From Octopus vulgaris (Eukaryota): 64,000 bases of DNA. The translations under genes and the position numbers were made by a program. Numbering within the stretch: the stretch's first letter is position 1; every line of letters starts with the position of its first letter. Location: contig OX597820.1 in the NCBI GenBank assembly GCA_951406725.2, forward strand, positions 23,188,001-23,252,000. The letters are read 5' to 3'. A model generated the notes under the pieces. It searched no databases, was not told the DNA's origin, and saw only the letters and a list, made by a program, of their open reading frames with translations. Shown here in pieces: positions 25,354-39,225 of the stretch.

Positions 25354-28300
25354 CGCGTACGCACACACACACACACACACACACACAATAGGGTTATTTC
25401 AGTTTCTACCAAATCCACCTACAAGGATTTGGTCAACTTGGACTATATTAGAAGACACTTGCCCAAGTTGCCTCACAGTGAGACTGAACCCAGGACCATG
25501 TGGTTGAAAAGCGAACTTTTTAACCAGACAGCTATTCTTGTATCTGTGGGAAAGACATAAGCAGAAAAATAATTCTAGAGAGAAATGGCTGGGTTTAGTG
25601 ATTAATGCATCATATTGAGAAAGGATGTCACTGTTCTTATGTATGTTTTGTGTACAGTTCAGTGACTATGTGGGCCATGGCCACATTTCTTAAGGAAGGA
25701 ATTTATCAAAAGATAAAACAAATTGTTATGTTTTGTCTTAATGACCACCAGCTTAATTAAGCCGGTATTTGAAGATTTCAGAAGATTCTATAAATATCTG
25801 AAATGTCCCTTTATCAGACTAATTGTAATCATGAAAGAAGAATCATATCCGTTCAAATATTAGATGACTCCTATACAGTAACAAGCTTCTATTTTCATAA
25901 AGGAAAGTAGAGTTGAAAATAAGGCAAACATCATCTTTGTTGAGGTACAATTTGGGTGTTGGGGAAGAAATGAAATAAAGTTTTATTAGAATACTGTTAG
26001 AATACAAATAGGACGTATTGAAATTATGAGGGTGATTGTGATATTGATTAAGGATTGATTAGATAGAGAAGATAAACTGCCCAATAATATCATTGGTTAA
26101 TGGCCATTATCATCTCCCTCTTCTTCACCACCACCACCATCATCATCAATATTCTTTCATCTTTTCAGTGCAATTTAGTAAATGATTTCAAAAAAAGGCT
26201 TTTTATAACAACTTCATTTTCCCCTTTGTACTGACACATCAGTCTCATTACAGCTATTTTAGTTTCTCCCCCATTTTTTTAATATTGCTTCTCCCTACAT
26301 TTCCCTGCAATTAAAATATCCCTTATCAACAATTGCTGGGATTTTACTGCCAATAAAACTAGAAGCCAAAATCAATTTGCTATATTGTTGAGTCATCTGT
26401 TGTTGAAGCTCAAAACCAAAGTAAGTATTGAATTAGATTAAGAACAAAGAATTCACTGTATCTTGGGAAGGTAGTCATGCCAATAATAAACACATGCTGG
26501 TTCTAGTTCACTTCTTTTATTATTGGTTGATACTTACAAAAGAAATTAAATAAAACCAGTGCCAATCAGATTGGGGCCTGGTGAGGCCTCCTGGCTTGCC
26601 AGTCCCCAGTCAGACTGTCCAACCCATGTCAGCATAGAAAATAGACGTTAAACGATGATGATGGTGATAACGATGTGCATGTGCTTATTACTGGCATAAT
26701 GACCCTCCCAAGGTACAACAAAATATGTTTCAACAAAGGATTACACATCCATTACAAACCAAATATGAAAACGATGGGCAAAGCCGTATGAGAGGATTTG
26801 ATAGATGGAAACAGAAAGAAGCCTTTCTTGTGTGTGTGTTGAGTTTCTTTGTTTTGACATTGCATGATAGATGTAAATAAGTATCACTGTCAAACGATTA
26901 GTGTCATTCATTTCTGGTATTCTGCGGGACCATGCCTGAGCATGGGGGCAAACATTATCTTGCTTAGAAACAGGTGAGGACTGATGACATGAAGGGCATC
27001 TGGCTGTTAAAAAAATCTGCTTCAAATAAATTCCATTTGACTCACTGCAAGCATGAAAAAAGTTGATGTTTGATGATGATGATGATGATGCTGGCATTCC
27101 GTATGGTAACCACACTTGTAAAATGCAATATTTTGAAGAATTAGCAGATCAGCAACACGCTTCCTTTCTCTTCATGTTTGAGTAAACAGCCTTGTTTTGT
27201 TGGGTCTCAGAAAATTTCCCAGATTATGTGTTGCCTGTCATCTATTTTTTAATTAACTTGTATATGAAACTGTTCTCTTCTCCTTGTTGCTTATCAGCTT
27301 ATTCCATGTTGCTTATTAAGTGACTTAACTTACAAACATAGGCTTTATTTACCAATGTAATCCTTTTAATTTTCTTTTTAATCTTTACAATTCATATTAC
27401 ATGTTTTTTTCCTTTGATGATAACTGGTCTTTGTATACAGAGACTATTTCTTTGACTACAATGTGGACTTAGCATATTAATAAATAAATAAATATATATA
27501 TAAGGTGATCTGGCAGAATGGCTTAGTGGTATTTCGTCTGTCTTTACGTTCTGAGTTCAAATTTTGCTGAGGTCAACTTTGCCTTTCATCCTTTCAGGGT
27601 CGATAAATTAAGTACCAGTTACGCACTGGGGTCGATGTAATCGATTTAATGTCCTTGTTTGTCCCCTCTATGTTTAGCCCCTTGTGGGCAATACAGAAAT
27701 AAAAAATATATATATATATAGATAGATAGATAGAGCGAGAGAGGGGTGGGGCACAAGCATGGCTGTGTGGTTAAGAAGCTTGCTTGCCAACCATGTAGTC
27801 TTGGGTTCAGCCCCACTGTGCAGCACCTTGGACAAGTATCTTCTGCTAACCGAAGCCCTGTGAGTGAGTTCGATAGATTTGGTATTCGGAAACTGGGAGA
27901 AGCCTATTATGTGTATAGGCATGGCTGTGTGGTAAGGAGCTTGCTTCCCAGCCTCAGGGTTCAATCCTGGTTCATGACAACTTGGGGAAGTGTCTTCTAC
28001 TGTGGCCCCAGGCTGACAAAAGCCCTGTGCCTCAGCATGGCTGCAGTCCAATGACTGAAACAAGTAAAAGATAGAACATGGTGGTGCTCCAGCATGACTG
28101 CAGCTGCATGGCTGAAATAAATAAAAGATATATATATAAACAGACACTAATGTTGGCATAGGTGAGTCGCTAAAGTATTATATAGCCAAACAGAATTGAT
28201 AAGTTTCAATTTTGATGATGCCTGTCCATATTCTATTGATCTGTTTGTGCCTCTCTGCTAAGAAGGTTAGAGAACATGTAAAAGGAAAACTTCAATTATC

Positions 28301-28798
28301 TGTCCAAATTATATACAGTATTGATTGTCTAACCTTTTCCAATATTAGTTTCTCCAAATTTGAGTTATATATTATCAGTTTCAACAATATATCTTTATTT
28401 AGAACATGACTTCATCAAAAGTATTCATAGTAAAAAAAGAAAAAAAACACAAAAAACCCCCAAAAATCACTATTTTGTGCATGACAGTATAATGTATAAT
28501 ATTTTCAGTAGTATGTGTATAATTTTTCTATTTCTTTTTTTTCCTGGGTGTTGGTGGAGGGGAGGGGAATTAATCAATAGAAATGTTAAAAGGTTAATGT
28601 ACTATTTTATATCAGTAGTTTTCAAGAATTGTTTTATTTATTTATATAAATTTATTATTTATTATTTTTTTTTTTTTTTGTCTTCTGTTAAGAAAACAAC
28701 TTGTAGTGTTTCCTCTCGTTATAAATAGAAATAAATTATTGAGAAATCTGCAATGTGGTTTGACTGAAAGCAATGTTCCTGCAGCTGTGAAACCTTAA

Positions 28799-29482
28799 CA
28801 CTTTCACTATGATATTTCCGTTGAATACACCCTCTTTGATTTTTTTTTTTTTTCCAATTAATTTTTTTTTAAATAATGAAGAATTTAGTGAAACAACTCT
28901 GTCGTTATTAAGCTGGCGTTTAGAACTTAAATCAAGATGAAATTTTAATGGGAAATTTTAATCTAAATCATTTTAACCCTTTGGCATTTAAACTAGCCAT
29001 ATGTGGACCAAATATTCTAGCTATTTTATGTTCAAACTAGCCAGGTCTGACCTCTAACACCTCAACAATGTCATTTTAAAACTAAACAATCACATCATCA
29101 AAATTTTGAAGTTGTGAGATAATGCATGACAAATTCAAAACATTGTGAATGAATAAGCATTACATTTGACTGAATAATCTAAATGCTAAAGGGTTAGAAC
29201 TTGGAAGCTTGTACTATAGATTCAGGGTCAGTCTTGGGAAATTTGTATCAAAAGGTCTAACCCTTTTGATACCAACCTGCCTGAAACCGCCTCTGGCTCT
29301 GTAGTATAAATGTCTTGTTTTCAAAAGTTCTGAATTAAAATCTTCCACCAAACCTTAGTCACAATTTATGTTCCTAACACTAGCTGAATGATAAACTAAA
29401 TTATTTTACTAATTCTTTGTTATATTTAAAATTAATTGACAGAAACACAGAGCATCTCAACAGAAATATGGTAACAAAAGAG
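28799..29482. mobile_element. Nest of three piggyBac-like MITEs
   Basis: 28977-29193 is inserted at a TTAA inside a second family (~28799-29256), which abuts an inverted copy 29261-29482 (cccttttgatacc/ggtaacaaaagag-TTAA). The second family also occurs at 50516-50740 and ~8135-8346. Confidence 0.7.
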
Positions 29483-31378
29483 TTAAAGACATTTTAAGCT
29501 TCCCCATTCTAGAAGGAAAGAGGAACGCTTGAAACTTAGTGTAAAACTTGCCAAAATCTTTCAGTTAATACTTAGATTATATGCACACTTACACAGACAC
29601 ACACTATTCTTTAGAGATTTTTGTATAAATTATCAGAAGCATTTTCCTACTAATATTCTGAGACCCTCTTTGGTCACGACACAGACCATGGGATTGCACC
29701 TAGAATGTTACCCTCCCAGACACAAGTCCGAGCAAGGTTGTTTATGGAAGACTAGCAGTCACTCATGCATACCAGCCTTCCCTCTCCAACTACTGATGTT
29801 ATCCAAGGGAAAGGCAAAGGCCGATACAGCTTGGCACCAGTGACAGCTGAGTGAACTGGAGCAATGTGAAATAAAGTGTCTTTCTCAAGAACACAACACG
29901 CAGCCTGGTCCAGGATTCAAGCTCACAACCTGACCATCATAAGCTCGGCACTCTAACCACTGGGCCATGCGCCTTCACTACTAATATATAAGTAAAGAAT
30001 CACTTATCTATTTATCTGACATGCTAAGCATAGTTGTTATTTTTGGAGAGTGGCTGGATTGGGTTTGCTTTTAGATAGTCAAGCTTAAAACATGCTGAAT
30101 TTTTATGGCATGTTTTAAGGATATTTATAGCATAATGATCATATCTATGAAGAGAAGTTTGAAAAAATTTTAAAAGAAAACGGGTAGGTTTCAAACATTT
30201 ACCATCAACTGGTTTGGAAAAGTGATTATACTGTAATTAAAATGGTAGCTAGTGGAATTTCTTGGCATGAATTTTTAAATATTACACTTGGTCTAAGTAT
30301 AAAGTTTTCAAGATGTTTTGAATACTAGAAAGCAGAATGAAGTTTTCTGCACCTGTATCCGGTATATGTTTAGTTACAAAGTAAACATGTTTATAAACAT
30401 AGTGACAACCTAAACATATTTTACAAGTTTTTACATGTTTACTGATATGCTCCACTATTAATGTGGTTAGTAACATTAAATGTGTTATCTAGAGGAAAAT
30501 ATGGCTTGCAGTAAATCTGTTTCCTATTTTTCTATATTTTAGTTTGTTTGTTGGTATATTTGATATTTTGGTCATCATTTTTTTTTTCTTTAAAGCTATT
30601 TAAAAAGAAAAATTATAGATAAGGGATGACTTAGAAGAACTATATTTAGCCATTGCTTGTAAACAAGCAATGGCCGATGTTTTTATCTTGAAACAATTAA
30701 TCAAACTAAGATTAGCAACAAGATTAAGCCTACCACAAAGAATTGAAATAAGAAAATGGAATGGCACATGTGTGTGTGTGTGTGGAATGGTGGTGGTAAA
30801 TGCAACACAACTAGCAAATGTACCTGTATTATTCAATGTATCACCAACTTCATTTTAATCTCTTTGGGGATTTTGGAATTGTCTCCCTTGTCTTTCTTGA
30901 AAAGAATTATTATTACCACTAGTGATTTTTCTTTCTATTACAGTTGTAATTTTGAATATTTTTTTTTCCTTTGTTTTACATTAACTCTTCATCATATAAA
31001 CCAGCCATATCCGGCTCAAATATTCTACCTATTTCACATTAAAAACTGGCCATATCTGACCTATCACACCTACCCTACAATGTCGTTCTAAAATTAAGCA
31101 ATCTCATCATCAAAATCACGAATGTATGAGATAATGCATGATTGATTAATTCAAAACAATGTGAATAAATAAGCTTTACATTTGGACAATAATCTGAATT
31201 TAGACAGTTAAATACATCGGTTTCCACTTAAATTTAGAGATTGTTCTTGTGTAACTTTGGTCAGCCTTGCTTTAGCAAACCTCTAATTTGTATGTAGTAA
31301 GTGGATTAACTGGGTGTTATTGACTCATCCAGCATTCAAAATATATCATATTGAGGAAAGGAGGAGGAGGAATGCATG

Positions 31379-31416
<38 letters not shown>

Positions 31417-33128
31417 GGTTTTTTGTCTGAACCAGGTGTGGGGAAATTGGGTACATAGGATAATGTTGTTAATTAGCTCCAGTTCATCTCTGATTGAGTT
31501 GACTAATGATCAAAAGCCTTCAAGCCTTGACCCCCCCCCCCTCTCTCTCTCTTTCGGAGAAGCACTGAGCACCTACACGCACATATACATACACAGCAGT
31601 AACTTCCGCCTACCGAAATCAATCACAAAGCTCCAGTCGGCTCGGGGCTATAGCGGAAGACACCTACCCAAAGTGCCACGCAGTGGGACTGAACCCGAAA
31701 CTATATAACTAAGAAGCAAGCTCCCTAACCACACAGCCATGCCCGCGCCTACAGCCATGCCCGATCTTGTCTATTTTATAAAGTACTAGCTTAAAAGCCA
31801 CATTCCATGGAGACTTTTAAACTAATGGAGGGCTAATTGAGCCTGCAGCGCAAACCTAAAGAATGACTGTATTATGTCTATAATAATCATATGCCCTGGT
31901 GGTGTTTGATCAGTGGTTAAGGACGGATGAGAATTACTTTTGTAATGCAATCATTCTATTGTTCCAGTCCCAAGTTGAATTCCAACTGTAGTCCAATTTG
32001 TCTCAAAGTTCTTATCTCGACATAAAATTGACAAAGTGAATATCATTTATTTCCCCCTTGATCTCTGACATCATCTGACAAACGACAACCAAGATGGTGT
32101 GAATCAGCCAAGCTTTACCTGCTTGAAGTAGCAGCCCAAATGCTTTTAAATCAGATCCCAATGCTGGATGTTCAAGAACCAAATGAAGGGCAGATTTTCA
32201 ATCTCGGGATTATTCTGATTCCAAAATGGTATAATATGTCTATATAGAACGAATGTATACTGAGATACTGGGGTCCCGGACAGACAGAAGTTTCCTTTTA
32301 TTATAATAGATAATACAGCAGAGTATGATCATCATCAAGTGGTTTTGGGGCAAGCACAAAGACACTTAATGACACCCACACAGATATATATGCAATGGGC
32401 TTCCACACAGTTTCCATCTACCAAATCCACTCATAAAGCTTTGGTCAATGTGCTGTTAATGTAGAAGTCTCTTACCCAAGGTGCCAATCAGTGAGACTGA
32501 ACCTGAAATGATGTGGCTGCAAAATGAGCATCTTAACCACACAGCCATGGCCACGCCTACACATTTTTGAAAAAAAATCACTTATTTTAATTTAAGATTT
32601 TTTTTTGTAGCTTTTAAATGAATTTATTGTTTTGATCTCCAAGTGCCAACAATATCCAACAGTAAGTAATAATTGGAAGACCAGAAAACAAAAACGGAAA
32701 AAAAAATGATAGATGCATCTCTTGAGTTGTAATGGGTTATCTAGAGGTCAGTTAATGACGGATGCATGTACATATGTATGTACAAGTGTGCATGGCTGTT
32801 TTGATTGCATCTGTTACATCATCTAACCATGCACACACACACACACAGTTGAATAATAAAAAAAAAAATGTATGAATGATCAAAACAAAATGGAAAAAAC
32901 AGATATCACTTGCGCTGGTGATGCAGTAGGGTTATAAGAGAGGTTAGTGAATGTTTGAAAGGGAGAGAGAGAGGGGGAGGCAGAGAGAGACAGATTGAAA
33001 GACAGCATTTATGTGCCTAGAGTGTGTGCATGTGTGCATATATGTATACATGTGTGTAATATGTGTGTGTGTATATATATACACACATGTCTGTAATATA
33101 ATTGTATATACATTGTGTGTGTGTGTAT

Positions 33129-33160
<32 letters not shown>

Positions 33161-33187
33161 GTGTGTATATATGTATATATATATGTG

Positions 33188-33229
<42 letters not shown>

Positions 33230-34402
33230 CACATATCTGTATGTAGCAGCAGTTCTGTATACTCTCACATGCATCATGTATATGTACATTCTGAGAAAGA
33301 ATAAATGTTTAAAAAGGAAAAATAGAGGGATTTTTTTTTGTCTCTAAAGTTTCAATAAGCCTAAAGAGTGTGTGTGTGTGTGTTTCAATAAGCTCAGAGT
33401 TTGTGTGTGTGTATTTGCACATGATTGTTTGTGAGGCCATGTATGTATGTTAGCTTACATGTGCAGACCTCTTCATCTAGCTCTGCCAACACACACACAC
33501 CCACACACACACATTGAAGAAAGGAAAATTGTTCGTGATGTTCATAAAGGGGAAACGGAGCAATCAAATTGGACCAGATTGTAAGAATTATTGTTCACTC
33601 AGATGTTTTCATTATTCATTATGTATTTTAAAACTATTTTACCTTTTTTTTTTTTCGTACCTCCAATAAAATTTATATTCCATTTATTCATGTTTCCTTT
33701 AACTTGTTAAAAAAAAAAATCATTATTCCTTCAATGTAGGAGGGAGTTCTGTTGAGTAGATATTAAACTGCTGGCAATCCCACTACATACCCCCGCCCCT
33801 CTCTTCAGTTTCTCTGTGTGGCAACTTATAATTTCATTTGCAATTTTACCTTGTGCAAAAGTTGGCTATCTGAATAAAGCACCCTTCTTGAGCCTTATGG
33901 ATCCATAGGGGCTAGTTTCCTGGTTTCCATGCATATATAAAGACTTTTTCTATTCCTGAGCGTTATACTAATACATCTGTTTGTTTTGTACACCACCTAT
34001 CTTCATCTGTTGTTTTTTTCATAAACTCTCCTTATATATATATAAATATATATATATACTCCCATCACAGGATTACTTATTTTGCCTGTTGAGTGGACTG
34101 GAGCAATGTAAAATGATGTGTTTTGCTCAAGAACATAACATGTTGCCCGTCCCAGGAATTGGAATCATAATCTTACATGAGTCCAGTGTGCTTACCACTA
34201 GACCACTCCCCTCCACAAGCTATCTGAATGGATGAAGTTTTGTAGTGTGAATAAGAGGTGGAGATAATTTTAATAAATCAAGAATTTATGTTATATGGTA
34301 TTTGATATACCTGCATTTGTCTAACTTATTCAAAGACATACAACTGGCCACTCTAAGTTATTTCTCTTAGATCATTTGTGTCTAAATTATACAAACTATC
34401 TA

Positions 34403-35066
34403 GTAGAGTGGAGTGAAAATTAAAAATTGTGGAAATTGAAAATGCCTGAGGGCTAAAATGTTGCTATATTTGATTACTAGAAAAATGCTAAATTTACATT
34501 GAGATCAATCAAGGGCATTTACTCCCTCAAGCTCTCTAATCTCCAAAAATTGGGATTTTTTAAAAATTGTTTTACGATAGTGGAGTTTGGGTGTTTTGAG
34601 GGAATAAATACCCTTGACTGGTCTATGCGAAAATTTAGCATTTTTCTAGTAATAATATATAGCAAGATTTTAGGCCTCAGGCATTTTCGATTTCCACAAT
34701 TTTTTATTTCTACTCCACCTTAAATTACACAATCTGTATACCCACACACACATACATGTGTGTTAGGGTGTAGTGAAAATGAAAAATTGAAAATGCCTGA
34801 GACCTAAAATCTTGCTATATATTATTACTAGAAAAATGCTAAATTTTCGCTTAGATCAGTCAAAGGCATTTACTCCCTCAACCCCACAAACTCTGCTATT
34901 GTAAAGAATTTACAAGCATTCCCCATTTTTGGAGTTTGTGGGGCTTGAGGGAGTAAATACCCTTGTTTGATCTCAGCGAAAATTTAGCATTTTTCTAGTA
35001 TATAGCAACATTTTAGCACTCAGACATTTCCAATTTCCACAATTTTTTTATTTCCACTCCACCCTA
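34403..35066. mobile_element. Second copy of the dimeric foldback MITE, opposite orientation
   Basis: Spacer attacacaatctgtatacccacacacacatacatgtgtgtta is close to the reverse complement of the spacer at ~24985-25028. Confidence 0.8.
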
Positions 35067-35802
35067 GGCCATAAATGCATTCTACTTTTTTTTTTTAAGT
35101 CTAAGTCCCTTAACTACTGGAGATAAGTCAAGACAAGCTGATGGCAGCTATTGAGACGATTGTCCTCTTCTCTTCAGACAATAAACCTATCCTTTTCCTT
35201 AATGGCATGTCAGTTTTGGAGAAATTCTTGAGATTGTCCCTCCTTATCAGGTGAAGTTGGTGTTAATTTTCATTTGGTGGAGGTAATTTTAATAGATCAA
35301 GAATTTGTTAAACTTTTTTTTATATATATATACATATATAATTGAGTAGTTGAATGAATTATCTTATTATGGATAATTCGGTTAACCGATACCTGGGTAG
35401 CAAATTCACGTCAGAAAACCACGGTTGAAGCTACATACCTAGGGCAGAGATCATGTGCTACCGTTTGGAAATTTGTGTGTTTTTTTGAATACAAATAAAT
35501 GAAAGAATGGAGTTGAACGACGAATTAACAAAATTCCTTTATTTTATTTTCGATATATGTTTCGAAGGCTGCATATTCCTAATGTATGTATGTATGTTAT
35601 TCAAAAGGCCAGCCTCGTCACACTCTGTGCCACGCTGAATCTCCCTAAGAACTGCATTAAGGGTACACGTGTCTGTGGAATGCTCAACCACTTGCATGTT
35701 AATTTCATGAGCAGACTGCTCCGTTGATTATATCAACTGGGACCCTCATCATTGTAACTGAAGGAGTGCTTTTTTCTTTTTTTAATGTGTATATATATAT
35801 AT

Positions 35803-35946
35803 AAGAATTTTTTGCCCAATAAGATAAAAAAACCAAGGCTGTGTAGATATTAGAGCATTTATAGATAGAAGCTGTAAGACCTTCTATTTATAAATGCTCT
35901 AATATCTACACAGCCTTGGTTTTTTTATCTTATGCTAAAAATTCTT
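35803..35946. repeat. Inverted repeat built from two Penelope-like termini
   Basis: taagataaaaaaaccaaggctgtgtagatattagagcatttata / tataaatgctctaatatctacacagccttggtttttttatctta. Same family as 12495-12565. Confidence 0.85.
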
Positions 35947-36589
35947 ATATGCACACGCTGACATAGAACCAACATTGAACCCTTTATTCGCAATATTACC
36001 GAATCAAGAACTTAACTATGGTCTGTCTATAGCACTTATTCAGCATTACCTGACACCTTTGGGTCTCAATGACACCATTATCTCTTATATATATATATGT
36101 AGGCACAGGCATGGCTGTATCCTTCCTAACCACATAGTTCCAGGATCAGTCCACTGCATGGCATCTTGAGCCAGTGCCTGCTACTATAGCCTTGGACCAA
36201 CCAATGCTTTGTGAGTGGATTTAATAGAGAGAAACTGAAAGAAGCCTGTCATATGCATGTGTGTTTGTCCCCGCCACTACCACCACCACTTGACAACCTG
36301 TGTTGATATGTTTATCTTCCCATAACTTAGTGGTTTGACAAAAGGGACTGATAGAATAAGTACCAGGCTTTACAAAATATCAAGTAATGGATTTGACTCA
36401 TGTGACTAAAATTCTTCAAGGCGGTACCCCAGCATGGCCACAGTCTAACAACTAAAATGAATAAAAGATAAAAAGATATATACATACATACATATATGGG
36501 TGATTTTTAGTTTTTAGTATGCATGGCTGTGTGTACATAAGTGACTTGTATAATTTTCAATGTGTCTGTCTTTTCTCTTTTAACATATA

Positions 36590-36910
36590 TCATCATCATC
36601 ATCGTTTAACATCCATTTTCCATGCCAGCATGGATTGGACGGTTTGACCGGGGTCTGGGAAACCAGGAGGCTGCGCCAGACTCCAGTCTGATCTGGCAGT
36701 GTTTCTACAGCTGGATGCCCTTCCTAACGCCAACCACTCTGTGAGTGTAGTGGGTGCTTTTTATGTGCCACCAGCACAGGGCCCAGAGGAGGCTGGCAAA
36801 TGGCCACGATCGGTTGGTGCTTTTTACATGTTACCAACACGGATGCCAGTCAGGCGGAGCTGGCATCAGTCAAGTTCGGATGGTGCTTTTTACGTGCCAC
36901 CGGCACAGGT
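36590..36910 (-). mobile_element. SINE family C
   Basis: Reverse complement of 45305-45470 plus tandem units. Confidence 0.8.
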
Positions 36911-37889
36911 ATCATAACTACAATCTCCATTTGATTTTTATTTTGATGTTGATGTTGACGTACTTGACTCAATGGGTCTCCCCAAGCACAACAGGTCACT
37001 CTACGATCCAAGGTAAGCACAGTAGGCCGTCCTGTGAGCCATGAACTCACTTCATTTGTCGGGTCTTCGCAGTCACAGCATATCACCAGGTCTCGGTCTT
37101 TCGTCATTTCCTTTGTGAGGCCCAATGTGCCACTAGCACAGGTATCACCACAACAATATGAAGGAAAATTTTCTGAAACTAAATGTAAAAAGAACCTTAA
37201 AAAAAAAAGAAAAAGAGAGTCGCATTCTATGTTTTTTTTGTGAAGATTTTTTTAATATAATTAATAATTTTTAAGAAAAATCTTTCTTCAAATATTATGA
37301 CTATATCAAGAATTCTCAGCAAAAACTTTTTTTGAATACACACACATACATACACACACACACACACACAAACTGCTGTTGTCTATGAACTCAATTTGTT
37401 GAACACTGCTTTAGAATGCAAGTGTTCTTTATCTTAGCTGTCTGCAGCTAAGTGGAAAGCAAGCTATTAGTGTCTGCCTTAATACAACCATCCACAATTG
37501 TAACAATGTAAAATACTAAATTTTGCAATATATTTTACTGAAAAATTGCCAAAATATAGCGATTTTCTTTTCTTTTTTTTCTCCTCTTTGATTCTTTGTT
37601 GTGGCTATTGTTTAGCTCCAGGTCAGTTTTGGTTGTGCAGACTTAAGTTCAAAGGTATTACAGTTATGATTACACCATATTTCTCTCAAGTATTGTGTAT
37701 CTCAGGCTATATTATCTAAATGTGTTCCATTTTCCAAGACAGTTGGGTCTAATTGATATTTTCTTCACTTTATATGATATAAAATTCAAATTATAGGCTG
37801 AAAAAATATTTTGAAAAAAAGAAAGAAAAAAAAACCCTCTTTTCTATCCACAAGAATATGTATCTGGAATTTATTTTTCCACTGTAAAA

Positions 37890-38730
37890 AGCTAAAAGTT
37901 ATTTCCTTATGATTTTGCCTTTCATCTCCGTGGGGTTTATAAAGTACCAGTAAAGTACCGAGGTCAGTAGAATTGATTAATCCTTTCCCCACCGAGTCTC
38001 TGGCTGTGTGCCTAAATCATAAATAATTTAAGACACCAAGCAGGTAGAATCATCAAAGCTTTGGAAAAAAATGCTTTGCAGTATTTGTACTGACTCATAT
38101 TCTGAGTTCAGATCCTGCCATGGTCAACTTTGCCTTTCATCCATAGGGCATTGATAAAATACAGTAGTCGCGAAAACTGGGGTGATATTACCAATTAAGC
38201 CCCTTTCCTTAAAATTGCTGGCCTTGCATCAAAAATTGAAATCATTGTTAATATTAGTAGTAGTTAATAATTAGTAGTAGTCAGGCAATGAGCCAGCAGA
38301 ATCGTTAAATCGCTGGACAAAATGCTTTGCTGTATTTCTTCAATTTTTACATTCTGAGTTCAAATTCCTCTAAGGTCGACATTGCCTTTTATCCTTTTGG
38401 GGTCAATGAAACAAGTACTAGTTGAGATCTGAGTACTGGGGTCAATGTAATCAACCAAAAGTGGAGGCCTTGTGCCTATAACAGAAAGGATCATTATTAT
38501 TATTATTAAGGTGGTGAACTGGTAGAATCGTTAGCATGCCAGGCAAAATGCTTAGCAACATTTCGTGTGTCAGCACTTGTGGGTTTAGATCTCACCAAGG
38601 TCAACTTTGCTTTCATCCTTTTGCAGGTCGATAAATTAGAACCAGTGAAACACTGGGGATGATGTAATCAACTTAACCCCTCCCTCAAAATTTCAGACCT
38701 TGTGTCTTTAGTAGAAAGGATTATTATTAA
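37890..38730 (+). mobile_element. Array of family B SINEs (3 full copies plus 1 partial)
   Basis: Same unit as 5368-6490, head-to-tail. Confidence 0.8.
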
Positions 38731-39225
38731 TTTCTCCTTTTGTGTTCTAACTGCAAATCTTGGTGGATGGGGGGGGGGCTCTCTAGAAGGTAATCATAAT
38801 GAAGTTCTGAGGTAAATTTAATCAACTGATCTGTCCCCAAATTTGTGGCTTTGTAACCAAATATTAAAAAAAAAAAAAATTCAATAACCCAAGGTAGGTA
38901 GCATTTATCTTGTGTTTATTTTTGTTTTTTTTTCCATTCTTTTTTATTTCATTTTTTTTTTTCTTTTTTTTTAAACCTTGTTGCATTTTTTATTACATTA
39001 AACGAACATTATTTTTTTCCTTTGTTTATTCCTTTAGCAGTCTAAAGGCTTCTGGAAGAAGGCCCACCCCACCATATACCGTGCTGTAGTGTCCCGTAAA
39101 TCCAAACCTGCGTTAGTAAATGACCATTCTGTAATCAGTTTCCACAGCCTTCTCTCACCTTCTTCTTCGTTAATTTTCTTAATTACTACTATGGCGTTTC
39201 TTGTTTTTTCTCTCTTCTGTTGCAG

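Noticed and set aside
26169-26181. Idea that A-to-I editing opens the stop codons in the 252-nt block
   Set aside because: TAG is followed directly by TAA, which would need three edits. There is no evidence for that from the sequence.
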